IMG/VR virus record: IMGVR_UViG_3300025018_000093
Reading direction: 5' to 3' (one strand)
Source of the DNA: a virus
Taxonomy: Duplodnaviria > Caudoviricetes
DNA: 64,000 bases
Both the position numbers and the translations under genes were made by a program. Below, in pieces: positions 8,935 to 18,981 of the stretch. Below the pieces are notes generated by a model that had not been told where the DNA came from, made no database searches, and saw only the letters and a list, made by a program, of their open reading frames with translations. Each line of letters opens with the position of its first letter. Positions within the stretch are counted from its first letter, which is position 1.

Positions 8935-11900
8935 GGAAGAGCATGCTTCCGTCCCGAATGCTACCTGCCAAAAAGATAGACGTCCAACTCAAACCTTGGA
9001 TGGACGACTATAGCTTTGCTCTGGTGACCACCGAGAACATCAACCAGGTGGTCGAAGAGTGCATTGCAGCAGGTGTCTATGGACTTGACCTGGAGACTAC
9101 AAGTCTCGATACGCGGATCTTCCCTCGGACTACAGAGAACGGAAGTGTGCAGGAGGTCACCACGGACATCGTGGGTATCTGCCTGTCACCAGGAAAGAAA
9201 CGGAGCTACTATCTCCCCATCCTGCACCGCCCCAACGGGGTACCCTCTCCGCACAACGTACCCTTCTCTGTCTGGGATGTTGCGGTTCGACGTCTGCTGC
9301 AATCCTCTGCAAAGCCTGTTGTCCACAACTGCAAGTTCGAGGGTGAGATCCTGAGCTTCCCCAAGGGGTCTGCCGCGTTTGGGGATTGGGATGACCTGAA
9401 GTGGTGGGAAGACACACAGATCCTGGCATACCTGGAAGACAGCAATCGCAAGGCTCTCGGACTCAAAGCTTTGTCGAAAGAGTTCCTGGGGAGGGAGCAG
9501 ATCGAGTTGGATGAGCTGTTTCCCCCGAAAACCACTCGTCTGGACTACTCCTTGTTGAACCCAGCGGACCCAGCGGTCCTCGCTTACGGTTGTAGCGATG
9601 CCGTGTGCACTTTGGAGTTGTACTATGTGCTGAAAGACCGAGCTGTTGACATGGAGGGGTCCGAGGGGAAGTTCAATCAGAACTTCATCCTAGGCTTGGA
9701 GAAGCTGTGCGTTCCTGCGATTCGCTGGATGGAGCGGGCTCGCCTCCCGATTGACTTGAACCTGGCTGCCGAGTTCATGCGCAAGGCCAGGTTGGAGTTG
9801 ATGGAGTCCCTCAAGGAACTGTACAGAGGAGCCTCCGAGATCCTGGGTCGTGACATCATGCCACTGTCCTTCTACTTTGTCTGCCAGGAATGGGAATTCA
9901 ATCCTGCTTGGCGAGACATTCAGGAGGATGAGAGCCAGGATGCACGGTCTCTTCGGGATCTGTTTGACGAGTGCAAGCGTAAGGCAGATGATTACCAGAA
10001 GAGATACCGGAAAAGTGACCTATCGATCCTGAAGGACTGTGACGACAATCCAGAGCTAGAAGTTCTGTTGAAGAGAGAGCCCCCACCCCCTCGCTCTTTC
10101 GGGAAAGACACCATCATACTCCAGGCTGAGTATGATGTAATGTCACCCACCCAGCTAGGGAAACTCCTGTTTGACTTGGGGGTGAAGGGTCTCCACAAAA
10201 CCGACTCGGGACAGATACAGACCAGCAAAGAAGTTCTGGACGAGGTTATCGAGAACAACCAGGACACGCTTCCTTTCATGAAGCGAGTCAAGATGTTCCG
10301 GGGGAATGAGCAGGCCCTCAAGAATCTGGTCAGCATCTGGAAGGATACGGATCGAAGAGATAACAGCCTTCGCATCAGCTTTCGGGCTTATGCCGCCGGC
10401 ACAGGGCGTTTCAGCTCCAAGGGTGATAAGAATCCAGAGGCCACCGGGGGCACAAAGTTCAACCTCCAATCCATGCCGGCAGGTAAGGATCCTCGGAGCC
10501 CAGAAGCTTTGCTTCGCATTCGCGAGTGCATCCGTGCCCGTGATGGCAAAGTCATGGTGGTCATCGACTTCTCTGGTGTCGAGCTGCGTATCCTTGCAAA
10601 CATGGCCGGGGAAACGAAGTGGATTGACCAGTTCTTTCTATGCAGTGATTGCAAGCTGGTCTTCAACCGGGATACGGTCCCACCGAAGTTCTGTCCCCGC
10701 TGCGGATCTGACAAGATTGGGGATATCCACACCCTGACAGCTATCCAGATTTACGGGGCGGACGCTCCGTCAAAGCCGGAGTGGAAGGTTTATCGCGCAC
10801 GAGGCAAGAACACGAACTTCGCGTTGAACTATGGGGGTGGCCCGCAGGCAATCCAACGGCAGACAGGAACCTCTTCGAACGAATCGCATCGTATCCACAA
10901 GAAGTTCAAGTCTTCCTATGACTTCCTGACGAAGTGGCAGGGCAATCGTGTGGCCTTTGCCAAGAAGCATGGGTACGTGATGACTGCGTTCACACGTCGC
11001 TATCGTGTGCCCGACATCGCTCACGAAATCCCTTGGATTCGGGGAAAAGCAGAACGCAATTCCATCAACTCCCCCATCCAGGGGACCTCGGCGGACATCA
11101 CCAAATTGGCGATGGGGCTGGTGTACAAGAAGTGCAAGCAAGCAGGTTGGTTGGACAAGGTTCACATGCTTTTGACCATGCATGATGAGTTGGTCTTCGA
11201 GGTGGACACGGACATTCTCGAAGAAGCGGTCGACATGTTTGTGAATGTGATGTGCGACAATGCGGCGATACGTGCTCGAAAGTGGCCTGTCCCCTTGACG
11301 GTGGATGTAGAGCTGGGGGTGTCGTGGAAAGCCAAGATCAACCTGGAGGGGGTGAGGTACTCTGTCCAGTTGCGTCGTTTGCTCCAGAGACCCGGGCAAT
11401 CGGATGAGGAGATCAAAAAGCTTCTGCGCTGCGTGAATGGGTTCTACGGGGGTCCTGCTGGGGTCCGTAAAAGTCTCAAGTCTTTCGAGGACATTCAATG
11501 GCCAGAGCTTATCCGTCCCCATTTCAAGAGCGGACGGGAGGAGAAGCCCTTTACGGTAGAGGAGCGACAAGCACTTGCGCATGCCTGGGCGCTCTACTTT
11601 GGGGAAGCAGACGTAGCGGTACCCTCCGCCGCAGAGGAGCCCCAAACAGACGTCATCGAGATCGCCCCCACTCCGTCGCTCACCTCCCTTGCAGACCCCA
11701 TTCCGGCAACCCCTGCCCTTGACAAGGATACTTCTCCTGCGACTTTCGAGTACCGTGTTCCCCAGCTATCCATCAGCTCTTCCCAGGCGCTGGCAGCGGT
11801 GTTGGTGGCCTGCCAGGGTACGGGAAAGCATCGTCTGGTTCTCATTGCACCCTCTGGGGAGGTACTACAAGGGTGGGATTCTTGGGCGGGTTCGGATGTC

Positions 11901-11951
11901 TGCGTGGATCCCGAGGTGTTTACTCGTGCCATGCGGGAACGCAATGTCTGA
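8931..11951 (+). CDS. polA: Family A DNA polymerase with 3'-5' exonuclease domain
   Basis: Exo motifs LDLETT, HNCKFE, YGCSD; polymerase motifs A DFSGVELRIL, B RARGKNTNFALNYG, C MHDELVFE. Confidence 0.95.
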   Translation: MRKSMLPSRMLPAKKIDVQLKPWMDDYSFALVTTENINQVVEECIAAGVYGLDLETTSLDTRIFPRTTENGSVQEVTTDIVGICLSPGKKRSYYLPILHRPNGVPSPHNVPFSVWDVAVRRLLQSSAKPVVHNCKFEGEILSFPKGSAAFGDWDDLKWWEDTQILAYLEDSNRKALGLKALSKEFLGREQIELDELFPPKTTRLDYSLLNPADPAVLAYGCSDAVCTLELYYVLKDRAVDMEGSEGKFNQNFILGLEKLCVPAIRWMERARLPIDLNLAAEFMRKARLELMESLKELYRGASEILGRDIMPLSFYFVCQEWEFNPAWRDIQEDESQDARSLRDLFDECKRKADDYQKRYRKSDLSILKDCDDNPELEVLLKREPPPPRSFGKDTIILQAEYDVMSPTQLGKLLFDLGVKGLHKTDSGQIQTSKEVLDEVIENNQDTLPFMKRVKMFRGNEQALKNLVSIWKDTDRRDNSLRISFRAYAAGTGRFSSKGDKNPEATGGTKFNLQSMPAGKDPRSPEALLRIRECIRARDGKVMVVIDFSGVELRILANMAGETKWIDQFFLCSDCKLVFNRDTVPPKFCPRCGSDKIGDIHTLTAIQIYGADAPSKPEWKVYRARGKNTNFALNYGGGPQAIQRQTGTSSNESHRIHKKFKSSYDFLTKWQGNRVAFAKKHGYVMTAFTRRYRVPDIAHEIPWIRGKAERNSINSPIQGTSADITKLAMGLVYKKCKQAGWLDKVHMLLTMHDELVFEVDTDILEEAVDMFVNVMCDNAAIRARKWPVPLTVDVELGVSWKAKINLEGVRYSVQLRRLLQRPGQSDEEIKKLLRCVNGFYGGPAGVRKSLKSFEDIQWPELIRPHFKSGREEKPFTVEERQALAHAWALYFGEADVAVPSAAEEPQTDVIEIAPTPSLTSLADPIPATPALDKDTSPATFEYRVPQLSISSSQALAAVLVACQGTGKHRLVLIAPSGEVLQGWDSWAGSDVCVDPEVFTRAMRERNV

Positions 11952-12366
11952 TGAGATTCAGCGGAGATTGGAGATCCTTGAGATGGCTCTCGGTATCGAG
12001 ACGCCAGACCGGGAGCATTGCCTTTCACAGGAAGGTCCCATCTTCTCCTGTTCTTCCTGTGATCCCGACGTCTGCCCCGTCGTCAACAATCTTCTGCAAG
12101 CCACCGCGAATGAGACACAAGCTCTGGGTGGTCGGGTTCGACGCCTGGAATTGTGGCTAGACCAGATTGACTCGGCGGCACGGCCCCGAGAAAGGGCTAC
12201 TCTACTGGAGCAACGCGAACGGTTACTGGCGAACATTGCGGACGTGGAGAGGTCTGTACAGCAGTCTCGCGGTGTAGTAGCACACAACCTGACGCAGTTT
12301 CTGAGTGACCAGCGGGATAAGCTGGAGCGCCTCAACAAGCAGATAGGACAGTTGCAAGATGGGTGA
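11944..12366 (+). CDS. Hypothetical coiled-coil protein with Cys cluster
   Basis: ATG at 11944 overlaps polA end; CSSC..C; helical C-terminus. Confidence 0.6.
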   Translation: MSDEIQRRLEILEMALGIETPDREHCLSQEGPIFSCSSCDPDVCPVVNNLLQATANETQALGGRVRRLELWLDQIDSAARPRERATLLEQRERLLANIADVERSVQQSRGVVAHNLTQFLSDQRDKLERLNKQIGQLQDG

Positions 12367-13237
12367 CGATTCTACAAAGGAATGCTTGCGAGACATGCAA
12401 GCGAAGTTTCCTCAGTTCAGTTTGCAAGACCTGCGGACTGTCTTCTGCTCAGAATGTCGAAACTTCGGCTGTAAGCATGCGAAGCTAGCAGGTAACCCCT
12501 GGGAGCAGCGGATGGCCACGCAAGTGGATCGTCTACTCGAAAATCCGTTGTTCGCTAATCTTCAGGATCCTCGGTGGTCGCACCTGCGGGAGCTGGACTT
12601 CCCGAGCTTGTTCCAGGAGTCCATTCGCCTGCACCTGGCGGAGCAACGGGGGGATTGGTCACTTCCATCACAGCGCGAAGTTGATGCGGCGATGGGTGTG
12701 ATTCCAGACCAGTCCGCGACGGAACCGAATCCAGAGGTGGAACGTGCTGTTAAGGCTTTGAAGCGTTTGCACACGGTCATCCAAATCAATTCCCAGACAC
12801 ACCCAGGGGTGGTCTACGAAGTCACGCTAGATGACGAGGGAAAGGCGGTATCCTGCACTTGCTTGGCCGGGCGGCATAAGCGACGTTGCACGCATCGTCT
12901 CTGGGCGGAGAAAGAGTACCAGAGAAGACAAAGGGACTCTGAGGAGAACACCTCGGAGAAGACGTCTGAGGAGCCTCAGAATGCGCTTGCGGAAAAGGGT
13001 GGGGAAAGCCCCCTCCCAATTCTGGGAGTGCGTCAGGGACCCCCTGAGGGCCGCCAGGGACCCATCCAGGGGTTGGCTCGTAACACCGCACTTCCTAACC
13101 AGGGGATGCTGCTAGAGGGTGCCCCTGCGGACGGGTTGCGGAAAATCACACGAGATCCGTGGGCACCTGTGTTGGAACGTTCTAGTGTTGTCCCCTCGGG
13201 AGTTCAGATCACGATAGGGAAGAAGAAAGATGAGTGA
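12359..13237 (+). CDS. SWIM zinc-finger protein
   Basis: YEVTLD...SCTCLAGRHKRRCTH (CxC...CxH); N-terminal CxxC..C.H. Confidence 0.7.
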   Translation: MGDDSTKECLRDMQAKFPQFSLQDLRTVFCSECRNFGCKHAKLAGNPWEQRMATQVDRLLENPLFANLQDPRWSHLRELDFPSLFQESIRLHLAEQRGDWSLPSQREVDAAMGVIPDQSATEPNPEVERAVKALKRLHTVIQINSQTHPGVVYEVTLDDEGKAVSCTCLAGRHKRRCTHRLWAEKEYQRRQRDSEENTSEKTSEEPQNALAEKGGESPLPILGVRQGPPEGRQGPIQGLARNTALPNQGMLLEGAPADGLRKITRDPWAPVLERSSVVPSGVQITIGKKKDE

Positions 13238-14279
13238 CGACAAGCGGAGCCTTTACGAAGTAATGGAGGAGGCCCTTCGTAAGCATCCACACTTGCGGGC
13301 TATCTCCGAGTTTGTGGACAAAGAGGTGTCCTCACATGTGCGCGAGGGGACAATGACCCTTCCCGAGGCCCTGGCGAGAATTCGTAGCTTGTCGGAGGAC
13401 AAGACTTTCAATGCCTTGGTCCAGCAGGAAATGGGAGACCCGGAGGGGGATCTTCTTTTCCAGGAAGAAGAGAACCAGCAACCTGGACTCAACCCTCTGC
13501 TCCTGGGGCAAATCATGGAACGTCTCCAGTTTGATGGGGATGTTCCTGAGATGCGGTCCGGTCATATGCTAGAAGGAGGCACTCCGGCTGTTCCCGTGGA
13601 CACGAACGCAGTCAATCCCATTGCTCTGGGAGTGCTCCTCACACAAGCCTCGGAAGAGGTCGCACGGGAGTTCGATGAGAATGCTGCCTCTTTGGCACTC
13701 CGCGTACAGGAGGAGATGCTGCATGCTCTGGAGGCAGGGGTGGAAGCTTCGCCACCAGAGGATGGGTCCTTAGTTGTGTCCGCAGAGACCAGTGGTATCC
13801 TTGGGGTGTACGAAAGGCCAGAAGTGGATCCCAAGGGGTATGCTCGTGGACAGCTTCCCGCGTTACGTGGTGTTTCCACTCCCTCAGGTTCTGCGTTGGC
13901 TTCACTGTCAGTGGAGGCTCAGCATGAGATGGCGTGGAAGGCGCTCGCGACAACGCAAGGGAGAAGGTCTTCACTGAGCCCCATTCAATCGTTTCTGTTG
14001 CGGGAGTTGTTTGCGGAAGGGTTGACTGTGACCTTGGGGACGGGGGAGCTTCTCGTAGCCTCTCACGAGTGGGTCATTCGTTTGGATGGACCCCAAGCAA
14101 CGCAAGTAGGGTTCTCTCCTGCCGCAGTGGCGCGTGCTGTACTCTCTAAGCAATTGCTTCAAAAACTGCCGGTGGAGTGTCGCTCGGAACCTCTTCTGTT
14201 GTCTGTGCAGACGGTGGACAACATTAGCCAACGCTTGGTAGGGTGGTCGGCACAGCTTTACGTCAGGAGTGATCCGTGA
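13230..14279 (+). CDS. Hypothetical protein
   Basis: 349 aa ORF overlapping neighbours at both ends. Confidence 0.7.
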   Translation: MSDDKRSLYEVMEEALRKHPHLRAISEFVDKEVSSHVREGTMTLPEALARIRSLSEDKTFNALVQQEMGDPEGDLLFQEEENQQPGLNPLLLGQIMERLQFDGDVPEMRSGHMLEGGTPAVPVDTNAVNPIALGVLLTQASEEVAREFDENAASLALRVQEEMLHALEAGVEASPPEDGSLVVSAETSGILGVYERPEVDPKGYARGQLPALRGVSTPSGSALASLSVEAQHEMAWKALATTQGRRSSLSPIQSFLLRELFAEGLTVTLGTGELLVASHEWVIRLDGPQATQVGFSPAAVARAVLSKQLLQKLPVECRSEPLLLSVQTVDNISQRLVGWSAQLYVRSDP

Positions 14280-14731
14280 CGGGCTTGGTCAAAGCAAGAC
14301 GTTTGCTCTGGACGCTCCTCATTCGTGGAGAGTCGGCGTTGTGTATGAGAGTGCAGCATGGGCCACCGTTACAACACAATGGTGGTGAGACACTCTGGAA
14401 AGTCATCCTCACCCCTTCTGAAATGGATGCTTTGGAAAGGAGCATCCAGGAAAAGGGCCTCCGTGTTGTGCGCATCCGTCAATCTCGGAATGAGATTCGA
14501 GAGAGCCAGCCAGAGGGTGTTCACTTCACGGCTTCTCTGAGCGACTTCGACCCCACGCAGATAGTGTATCGCACACCAGACTGTCCTTTTTGCTTTTTCT
14601 TCTTCCCTCAGGGGGAGGAGCAGTGCGGAGTCGACAACTGGCCAGCAGAGTCCGTTGTAGCGGCACAGAAGGTTGTCAAAGCACAAGCAGACCTCGTCAA
14701 GTGTTCTCTGCATGGAAAGGGATCAGGATGA
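14276..14731 (+). CDS. Hypothetical protein
   Basis: 151 aa, GTGA overlap with upstream gene. Confidence 0.55.
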   Translation: MTGLVKARRLLWTLLIRGESALCMRVQHGPPLQHNGGETLWKVILTPSEMDALERSIQEKGLRVVRIRQSRNEIRESQPEGVHFTASLSDFDPTQIVYRTPDCPFCFFFFPQGEEQCGVDNWPAESVVAAQKVVKAQADLVKCSLHGKGSG

Positions 14732-14767
14732 AAGAGGGGTATCATCAGGATGAAAGAGGGGTATCAT
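14724..14767. repeat. Perfect 22-bp tandem duplication (CAGGATGAAAGAGGGGTATCAT x2) covering a stop/start junction
   Basis: Read directly from the sequence. Confidence 0.9.
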
Positions 14768-15607
14768 GTAGAGGAAGCTTTGGCTGGTCTCCAATCTCTT
14801 CCCAGTGGGTCTGTGAACCTCGTGGTCACGGACCCCGCTTACAACACGATGGAGAAATGGCGAGCGCAGGGTACAACGACACGTCTCTCGCATTCGAAGT
14901 CTTCTTCGAATGATTGGTTCCCCGTTGTGGATATGGAGTACCTTGGAGATTGCATTTCGGAGTGCTACCGGGTGCTACAGAACAACAGCTACCTCTTCGT
15001 GATGTGCGACTTCTTCACAGGGATAGAGGTGCATTCTGCAGCGATTGCTGCGGGGTTCGATCCGAAGAAGCCACTGATTTGGGAAAAGGTTGGCAAGAGA
15101 ATGACAGTGGTCTGCCCGACGTGTCATGTGAAGGTGACGGAGATCGAAGGTCGGGGTTCTCCAGGTATGGGGTACCCCTTTCGCTCCGGGTACGAGATGA
15201 TCTACTTTGCACAGAAGGGTAAGCGCAAACCGCCGCAGAATAAGTCCATTCGGGATGTTCTTCGGTACCCGCGTCTTAAAGGGGATAATCTGTGGCCCAC
15301 GCAGAAACCGATAGACCTTTTGAAGGTCTTGATCGAGCTTTCCAGTGCTCCCGGTGATCTCGTCCTGGACCCGTTTGCAGGTAGTGGTTCTACGCTAGTG
15401 GCGGCTGCTCTTCTTGAGCGGAAGTATCTGGGGTTTGACGTGGATTGTAAGGGGAAGGACTACTTCCAGACCTTGCTCGGAGAGCACATACCCAAGGTTC
15501 TCCCTTCTTTGCTGCCCAAGAGAGACGGCGTTTCCGCGCGAAAGAAAGCTGCCCCCATCTTTAGAATGTTTAGCGGGCAGCGGACGGAGTCGGGTGAAAA
15601 TGGGTAG
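14750..15607 (+). CDS. N6-adenine/N4-cytosine DNA methyltransferase, beta class
   Basis: VVTDPAY catalytic motif precedes PTQKP and SAM-binding LDPFAGSGST. Confidence 0.92.
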   Translation: MKEGYHVEEALAGLQSLPSGSVNLVVTDPAYNTMEKWRAQGTTTRLSHSKSSSNDWFPVVDMEYLGDCISECYRVLQNNSYLFVMCDFFTGIEVHSAAIAAGFDPKKPLIWEKVGKRMTVVCPTCHVKVTEIEGRGSPGMGYPFRSGYEMIYFAQKGKRKPPQNKSIRDVLRYPRLKGDNLWPTQKPIDLLKVLIELSSAPGDLVLDPFAGSGSTLVAAALLERKYLGFDVDCKGKDYFQTLLGEHIPKVLPSLLPKRDGVSARKKAAPIFRMFSGQRTESGENG

Positions 15608-15628
15608 GTTCTGCGGAGAGGGGAATGC

Positions 15629-16663
15629 ATGACTTCCAAACGTCGACAACTAGATTCCCAGTATGCAGAAGCTCTGCTGCGCGTACCGCATACCCGTAAC
15701 GGTGTTGCGAGCCATGATGGAGAGTCTCTGTTTCAGTACATCGCACGTCTCCGTGCGGAGTTGGAGGAGTCCCTGTCTCTTGCCGAGAAGATGTTGCAGA
15801 GCAACCCTTTGACGGCGCTGGTTGTACAGAAGGTAGGAGGGGATCTGGAGAGCCCCGCATTGCAAGTGGGTTCCGAGGGAGACCTGTGGGTGGTGGGTGT
15901 AGAGACCAGAGAAGAGACCAGAGAAGAGACCAGAGAAGAGACCAGAGAAGAGATCCTCCAAGTACCGACATCGAAGTCTTCTCGGGAGAAACGATCCTAT
16001 GCTTCGGAGCTTCCCCTGAAGAGCGTGCTAGATGAGATGGGGGTCCTACTGGGGTGCGACTTTTCGGAGTTAGGCCGGGCAAGACGCCCCAGGTATGACT
16101 TGATCAAGCAAGAGCTAGAATCTTCCGTGGCTGCAGGTCTTCCTGTACATCCGATTTTCATCGAGTTTGGGATGGTGTCGACAGACACTGTGCAAGTTCT
16201 CCCCATTGTAGAGGCGGTTCCTGTCGTAGAGGCGGTTCCTGTCGTAGAGGCGGTTCCTGTCGTAGAGGAGGCCCCGGTAGAGGAGGCCCCGGTAGAGGAG
16301 GCCCCGGTAGAGGAGGCCCCTGTCGTCGAGGTGGCCCCTGTCGTCGAGGTGGCCCCGGTAGAGGAGGGGGTGGAGACTTCTGTGTCAATAGCAGTTCCCG
16401 TCCCACCCCCTCCGGATAAGGGGGAGTCTTTGGACCTTATGGACTTGATCAATGACTCTTTGGAAGGGGACCTTGTACCTGTCGAAAAGGAGGAGGTATC
16501 CCTTGTGAGCATGATCCTTAAACGCCGTCGAAAGGGTTTGTCTGTAAGTACACCTACCTCTGGAGTTGCTCAGAAGATGTTGCAAAGGGCTGCTTCCTTT
16601 GATGTGGAGGCAGAGATTGCGTCGTTCCAGTCTCAACACGCATCACACGTCAAGTCTCACTAG
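15629..16663 (+). CDS. Hypothetical acidic protein with tandem-repeat linkers
   Basis: ETRE x4 (12-bp unit, 15902-15949); VVEAVP/VEEAP/VVEVAP repeats (15-18 bp units, about 16205-16365). Confidence 0.7.
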   Translation: MTSKRRQLDSQYAEALLRVPHTRNGVASHDGESLFQYIARLRAELEESLSLAEKMLQSNPLTALVVQKVGGDLESPALQVGSEGDLWVVGVETREETREETREETREEILQVPTSKSSREKRSYASELPLKSVLDEMGVLLGCDFSELGRARRPRYDLIKQELESSVAAGLPVHPIFIEFGMVSTDTVQVLPIVEAVPVVEAVPVVEAVPVVEEAPVEEAPVEEAPVEEAPVVEVAPVVEVAPVEEGVETSVSIAVPVPPPPDKGESLDLMDLINDSLEGDLVPVEKEEVSLVSMILKRRRKGLSVSTPTSGVAQKMLQRAASFDVEAEIASFQSQHASHVKSH

Positions 16664-16709
16664 CAATTCTATAGCCCTTCTCTTGCAGGGAATGCTCGGG
16701 GGGTCTCGC

Positions 16710-17153
16710 ATGGCTTTCTGGTGGATCAACAATAGCGGACAGAATACGTTGCGTGGAGAGCCTGCCTATGAGGCAGAGGACGGCACCGTGTTCCGAGTCC
16801 TGCAACAAGCAGAAGACTACTCTGCAATGACAGGGCTGAGCTTTGGTGTGTGGTTGGATGACTATGGGAATCCAGGGGACCCAAGCAACCCCATACAACT
16901 TATCAACAGCTTCGTCTTGCACTGCCTCTACATGATTCCTCAGGCAAAGTCGGACTTCTTCAAGATGGTCCCTAGCCTGAATCAAGCGGAGCAGACCAGA
17001 TTCCAGCGAATGTTGGAGCGGGCTCCGTTTATCTCAAGAACCTTCTATCAAGATGAGCAGACTCGGACGGATGCTTTCACGCGGCGCTTCAATGGGGCCG
17101 GGGTACGAGTGACTGGTAGATATGGAGGGACAAGAAGTGGCGGAAACTGCTAA
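16710..17153 (+). CDS. Hypothetical protein
   Basis: Likely ATG at 16710 (MAFWWINN) within the listed ORF. Confidence 0.55.
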   Translation: MAFWWINNSGQNTLRGEPAYEAEDGTVFRVLQQAEDYSAMTGLSFGVWLDDYGNPGDPSNPIQLINSFVLHCLYMIPQAKSDFFKMVPSLNQAEQTRFQRMLERAPFISRTFYQDEQTRTDAFTRRFNGAGVRVTGRYGGTRSGGNC

Positions 17154-17496
17154 AGAAACACCTAGTATCCCTGCGACAGACACCTTCGAAAAAACCCCGC
17201 TCAGCAGCAAAAAGTTCATCGCCTACTTGGTTGCGGACATTGGTTGGTCTGCTTTCCTCGCGTTCGTTCTCTTGGTGTACCAGGAGCAGTTGACCCCTCT
17301 CGTCTGGGGTCTCCTCATGGGGACCGTCTTGGTGAAAGGGTTCGTGCAGGTGGGGGTCATTCTCGGCCAAAACTCTTTGGACAAGTTCATCCGCGTGGCT
17401 AGGATCAACGCTACTCTGGGAGTGCCGACCGTACTTGAAGGACCCACGAAAAGGAAAAGCACTCGACCTGAGAAGGGTGCTTCCGAGAAAGAGTGA
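17122..17496 (+). CDS. Two-TM membrane protein (holin-like, unproven)
   Basis: SKKFIAYLVADIGWSAFLAFVLLVY and LVWGLLMGTVLVKGFVQVGVILG hydrophobic segments. Confidence 0.55.
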   Translation: MEGQEVAETAKETPSIPATDTFEKTPLSSKKFIAYLVADIGWSAFLAFVLLVYQEQLTPLVWGLLMGTVLVKGFVQVGVILGQNSLDKFIRVARINATLGVPTVLEGPTKRKSTRPEKGASEKE

Positions 17497-17518
17497 GCTA
17501 TCCCAGGAGGAGGGAGAC

Positions 17519-17977
17519 ATGGGCCATTTCACGCCACCATTCATGAGAAGATTTCAGCGGACTTTCCCGCAACCCGCAAAGGCTCCTGAGGAAATACCTG
17601 TAAAGGTGTCCCTCGAAGATGCGATGCACGAGTGGGAGAAAACCACGGGGGCTCTCGCGAAGTCCGTCGTCGAGGAAACCCCCGTCGTCGAGGAAACCCC
17701 TGTTGTCGAGACCCCTGTCGTCAAGACCCCTGTCGTCGAGACCCCTGTTGTCGAGACCCCTGTCGTCAAGACCCCTGTCGTCGAGACCCCTGTCGTTGAG
17801 GACAGCGAGGATGGTGAGGATATCGAAACGGAGGCCCAGAGTGAGGAGGAGCTGGCCAACCTGCTGCGTTTTTCTCGGAAGAGATTGGTGCGCATGGCAC
17901 AGGTGAAGTCTATCGTTCTCCCAGCACGAGCTACTAAAAAGCAGATCGCGGAGCTTCTCCTGGAGCCCAAAGAGTAA
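17519..17977 (+). CDS. VVETP-repeat protein with C-terminal Rho-N/HeH-like domain
   Basis: Strong SD AGGAGG before ATG 17519; 15-18 bp repeats about 17665-17800; LLRFSRKRLVRMAQVKSI...ATKKQIAELLL. Confidence 0.6.
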   Translation: MGHFTPPFMRRFQRTFPQPAKAPEEIPVKVSLEDAMHEWEKTTGALAKSVVEETPVVEETPVVETPVVKTPVVETPVVETPVVKTPVVETPVVEDSEDGEDIETEAQSEEELANLLRFSRKRLVRMAQVKSIVLPARATKKQIAELLLEPKE

Positions 17978-17981
17978 CCAA

Positions 17982-18416
17982 GTGCCTACCAAGATGTTCG
18001 TGTATAAGTACCTCGCACGGGGTATGTATGGATTTCTCCGAGACACCCTGGGACGTGAGGTGTTCTTTCATCTTGGAGCCTTCCTCCCAGGTACTGCGGA
18101 AGAGGAACCCATTCCTCCAATTCCGGGAGAAGAGGTGGAGGTGGAGGTGGACTTCTCGGCGGGTACTGCGGAGAAAGCTCCCCGTGCTGAAAGGGTTTGC
18201 CGTTTGTTCGTTCCTCTTGCGAAGACGGGTATGGTAGAGATGTTCGATTCCGCTTCGGGATACGGATTTGTCCGTTGCGAGGGGGAGATGTTTTTCCTAC
18301 ACAAGAGTGAGATTCGGGATGGGAAGACGCCCCTCTTGCAGGATACCGTCAAGTTCTATCCTGGAGTCCGGGAAGGAAAATCACGCGCTTGCCATGTAAC
18401 CGTGCTGAGGGACTAA
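17982..18416 (+). CDS. Tandem cold-shock-domain protein
   Basis: Two RNP1/RNP2 pairs: GMYGFL..EVFFH and GYGFV..MFFLHKSEI. Confidence 0.8.
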   Translation: MPTKMFVYKYLARGMYGFLRDTLGREVFFHLGAFLPGTAEEEPIPPIPGEEVEVEVDFSAGTAEKAPRAERVCRLFVPLAKTGMVEMFDSASGYGFVRCEGEMFFLHKSEIRDGKTPLLQDTVKFYPGVREGKSRACHVTVLRD

Positions 18417-18973
18417 TGAGCGAGACAAACATCTTTGGTGGACTGAACAGGAACTCTCTCTACACCCCCATGTCAGAGGACGAGCAGGAAGTCCTAGCTA
18501 GGTTGATTGAAGCGGATGACCTGGAGATCCATGTCAAGCAGTGGGGCATCGTGAACAAGTTCATCGAGAAGCCTCGATTTGGGGATAAGGTCATTGACAT
18601 CAAGTTCTGGGTGCGATTCTCGAAGCCAGACGTGCTGATACCTGTGTACTATTTCGATCTGGAGCTTCGCACCCGAGCAGGGCTCCTGCTTTTTGCGGAA
18701 CGGCAGGCTATCAAGGGTGCCGAGGGTGGACCTCTGCTGGTGGGAGCGGGAGTGACCATACCCTTGGGGTGGTCCATTGCGATTCATGCGATGAATCCCG
18801 ATGTGGTTCGGTCGATCAAGCCGGGAGCCCACGGATTGACTACTCGTGAAGGGAACAGGCACCTCACAGAAGCAGAGCAGGCTACCATGCGAAATCTGCG
18901 CAAGTCGGAGAAGAAGGTACGAGAGTTGACACAACAAGAAGCAGCTGAGGCAGCCAAGAAAAGCTTGTACTGA
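18416..18973 (+). CDS. Hypothetical protein
   Basis: TAATG overlap with upstream gene. Confidence 0.65.
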   Translation: MSETNIFGGLNRNSLYTPMSEDEQEVLARLIEADDLEIHVKQWGIVNKFIEKPRFGDKVIDIKFWVRFSKPDVLIPVYYFDLELRTRAGLLLFAERQAIKGAEGGPLLVGAGVTIPLGWSIAIHAMNPDVVRSIKPGAHGLTTREGNRHLTEAEQATMRNLRKSEKKVRELTQQEAAEAAKKSLY

Positions 18974-18981
18974 GGTCGAGG

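Noticed and set aside
15570-17970. Antisense or alternate-frame ORFs with Thr/Gly/Ser or Pro/Arg repeats (for example 15997-16512, 17554-17970, 33477-33803)
   Set aside because: They are shadows of the coding tandem repeats on the real strand and lack SD sequences or domains.
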